DNA of 64,000 nucleotides from Ginglymostoma cirratum. Taxonomy: Eukaryota. Numbering within the stretch: the stretch's first letter is position 1; each line of letters begins with the position of its first letter. This document shows, piece after piece, positions 61,708-64,000 of this stretch. The position numbers and the translations under genes were made by a program. The stretch lies in the NCBI GenBank assembly GCA_024137785.1, contig JAHRHZ010000145.1:26563146-26627145 (forward strand), given 5' to 3'. A model generated the notes under the pieces. That model searched no databases. It was not told the DNA's origin and was given only the letters and a program-made list of their open reading frames with translations.

Positions 61708-62915
61708 GGTCCACTCAGCTCCTGACCTAATTATAGCATTGGTCCAAATACAGAAAAAAGAGCTAAACTCAAGAGAGGAACTGAGGGTGACTGCCCTTCA
61801 CATTTTGGCAATACTTGACTGAATGAGGTATCACCATAGCAAAACTGGAGTCAGTGGGAATTGAGGGGGAAAATTTTCACTGGTTGGAGTCAAACCTAGC
61901 AGGAAGGAAGACAGTTGTGATTTTTGGAGGTCAATTATCTTAGCCACAGGGCATTTTTACAGGAGTTCCTCAGGGTAGTATCCTTTGGGCGCAACCATCT
62001 TCAGCTGTCTCATTAATAACCTTCTCTCCATGTTAAGGTCAGAATGAAGTTGTTCACCGATTACAGCATGATGTTCAGTATCATTCAGAAACCTTCAACT
62101 AGTGTGGCAGTCCACTTCCAAATGCAGCAAGGCCTGGACAGCATTCAAACTTGAGCTAACAAGTGGCAAGTAACATTTATGCCATACAAGTGCCAGGCAA
62201 TGATCTTCTCTAACAAGAGAGAAACCAACCATTGCTGCTTAACATTCAATGTCAGTACCGTCACTGAATCTCCCTCTGTGAATATTGTGGGAATTAGCAT
62301 TGGCCAGAAACTGAACAAAACCACCACATAAATACTGTGTCTATGAGAGCAGGCCACAGTTTGGAATTCTATGGTGAGTCACTTATCTCGTAATTCCTCA
62401 TGCCAGTCTACCATCGACAAGGCATAAGTTAGGAGCGTGATTGAATAGCCTGAATCAGACATCTCCAACAACACTCAAGATGTTCAACACTATCCAAGAC
62501 AAAACATGACTGCCACCCCATTTAAAACCTTTAACATGCAATCCCTCTGCCAAAAACATAGTGGCAGCAGTGCATACCAATTACAAGATGCTTTGCCACA
62601 ACTCAGCAAGAATCCTTTGACAGCACCTTCCAAACACAAACCTCTACCACCTAAAAGGACGTGATCAGCAGATACATTGGAATATCACCACCTGCAAGTT
62701 ACCTTCCATGCCACACATCATCCTGACTTGAACTATAATTCTGTTCCTTCAGTGTCATTGGAACTTCTTTAATAGCATTGCAAGTGTAATCTGTACAAGA
62801 TGGACTGCAGTGACTAAAGATGGCAACTTACTACCATTATCCCCAGGACAATTAGGGATGCACAATAATTACTAGTTGAACCCATGGTGTCCACATCCTG
62901 TGAATGAATTAAAAA
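61708..62915 (+). mobile_element. CR1/Zenon-like LINE RT to 3' end, decayed
   Basis: VTAL, WLESNLAGRK, GVPQGSIL, LFTD, KWQVTFMPYKCQAM; tail caattagggatg...aatgaattaaaaa; clade assignment tentative. Confidence 0.8.
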
Positions 62916-63522
62916 CAAAGGAAATAGAATCCAAAGGACTGGGAGGGTTAGGAAAAGCAAAAGAAAGAAATGAGATGTGTAAACAGGAAATGAATTAAAA
63001 CATGCATGGAACATCAAAGCTGACAGGAAAAGATTTTATAAATGTAGGGAAAGAGAGGTCTAAAGTGGAATGTAGGCCTATAAAGATCAAAGCAGATGAG
63101 TAAAATACAGGCATGTTAAAAATGAATTTTATTTAATTTTTTTTGGTGTAAATGAAGGTGATGAAATACAGATGGTTTAAGGGAATCCAAACATAAGTGG
63201 GAGGTACCTATGGATTTAATCTGAGTTTAAAATAACTAGCAATTATGAATAATGGCATTTAAGATCTCTTGCATCCAATGGTTTCTGCCTGAAGGAATGA
63301 TCAAAAATAGGCGTGGAAATTGCAGCTACACTACCTTAAATTGTGTCAAATGAGTCGACTTGTGAAGCCTACAGAAATCCTTCCAAAAACCCAGGTTGAC
63401 TCGTATGTTGGACATAAAATGCGAATCATTGGTGTAAGAGGTCACTATTTTGAAATACAAAAAAAGGCATTAATTTAATATAAATTACCATTGCAATGTG
63501 GTACAGTGATTTGAATGAATCA

Positions 63523-64000
63523 AATGATTTGGATGAAGGAGTGGATTAGTAAGTTCGCGGACGATACTAAGATGGGTCTCGTTGTGGACAGTGCGGAGGG
63601 CTGTTCTAGATTACAAAGGGACATTGATAGGATGCAGAGCTGGGCTGAGAAGTGGCAGATGGAGTTTAACCCTGAAAAGTGTGAGGTGATTCATTTTCGA
63701 AGGAAAAACTTGAAAGCAGAATACAAGGTTAACAGAAAGATTCTTGGCAGTGTGGAGAAGCAGAGGGATCTTGGGGTTCATGTTTATAGTTTCCTGAAAA
63801 CTGCCACTCAGGTGGGTAGAGTTGTTAAGAAGGCATATGATGTGTTAGCTTTCATTAATAGATGGATTGAGTTCAAGAGCCATGAAGTTATGCTCCAGCT
63901 ATATAAAACCCTGGTTCAGCCACATCTGGAGTATTGTGTCCAGTTCTGGTCGCATCATTACAGGAAAGATACGGAAGCATTGGAAATGGTGCAAAGGAGA
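63523..64000 (+). mobile_element. Young CR1 LINE RT fragment running off the window end
   Basis: NDLDEG, ISKFADDTK, LQRDIDRMQSWAEKWQMEFNPEKCEVIHF, LYKTLVQPHLEYCVQFWS. Confidence 0.95.

Noticed and set aside
1-64000. CRISPR array, operons or prokaryotic defence system
   Set aside because: No regularly spaced repeats or gene-dense tracts; sequence is vertebrate repeat-rich DNA, and the GIY-YIG/RT hits belong to PLEs

Overview
Eukaryotic, AT-rich, repeat-dense DNA with no confidently identifiable host protein-coding gene. The repeat content (HE1-type V-SINEs, SacSINE/Deu-SINEs, CR1, L2) points to a cartilaginous fish, probably a shark; this is inferred from repeat families recognised by eye, with no database search. 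Most of the ORF track is noise or transposon debris. The window holds CR1, L2, RTE and CR1/Zenon-like LINE fragments, one decayed Mag-like Gypsy provirus plus solo/partial LTRs, three Harbinger transposase fossils and several SINEs. Its most distinctive component is more than 15 Penelope-like element (PLE) insertions from about four families. Many are fold-back elements (inverted pseudo-LTR + direct pseudo-LTR + ~33-36 nt tail) with 7-16 bp target-site duplications, and many carry minimal type I hammerhead ribozyme cores (CUGANGA-N-stem II-GAAAC-GUH). PLE hammerheads are known biology. The local patterns worth a second look are ORF-less 85-200 bp ribozyme/palindrome retroposons, 5' junctions clustered at the ribozyme core, and a 1.1-kb inverted repeat with TTAA symmetry. 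I found no evidence for a wholly new multi-gene system. Boundaries of decayed repeats are approximate (tens of bp).
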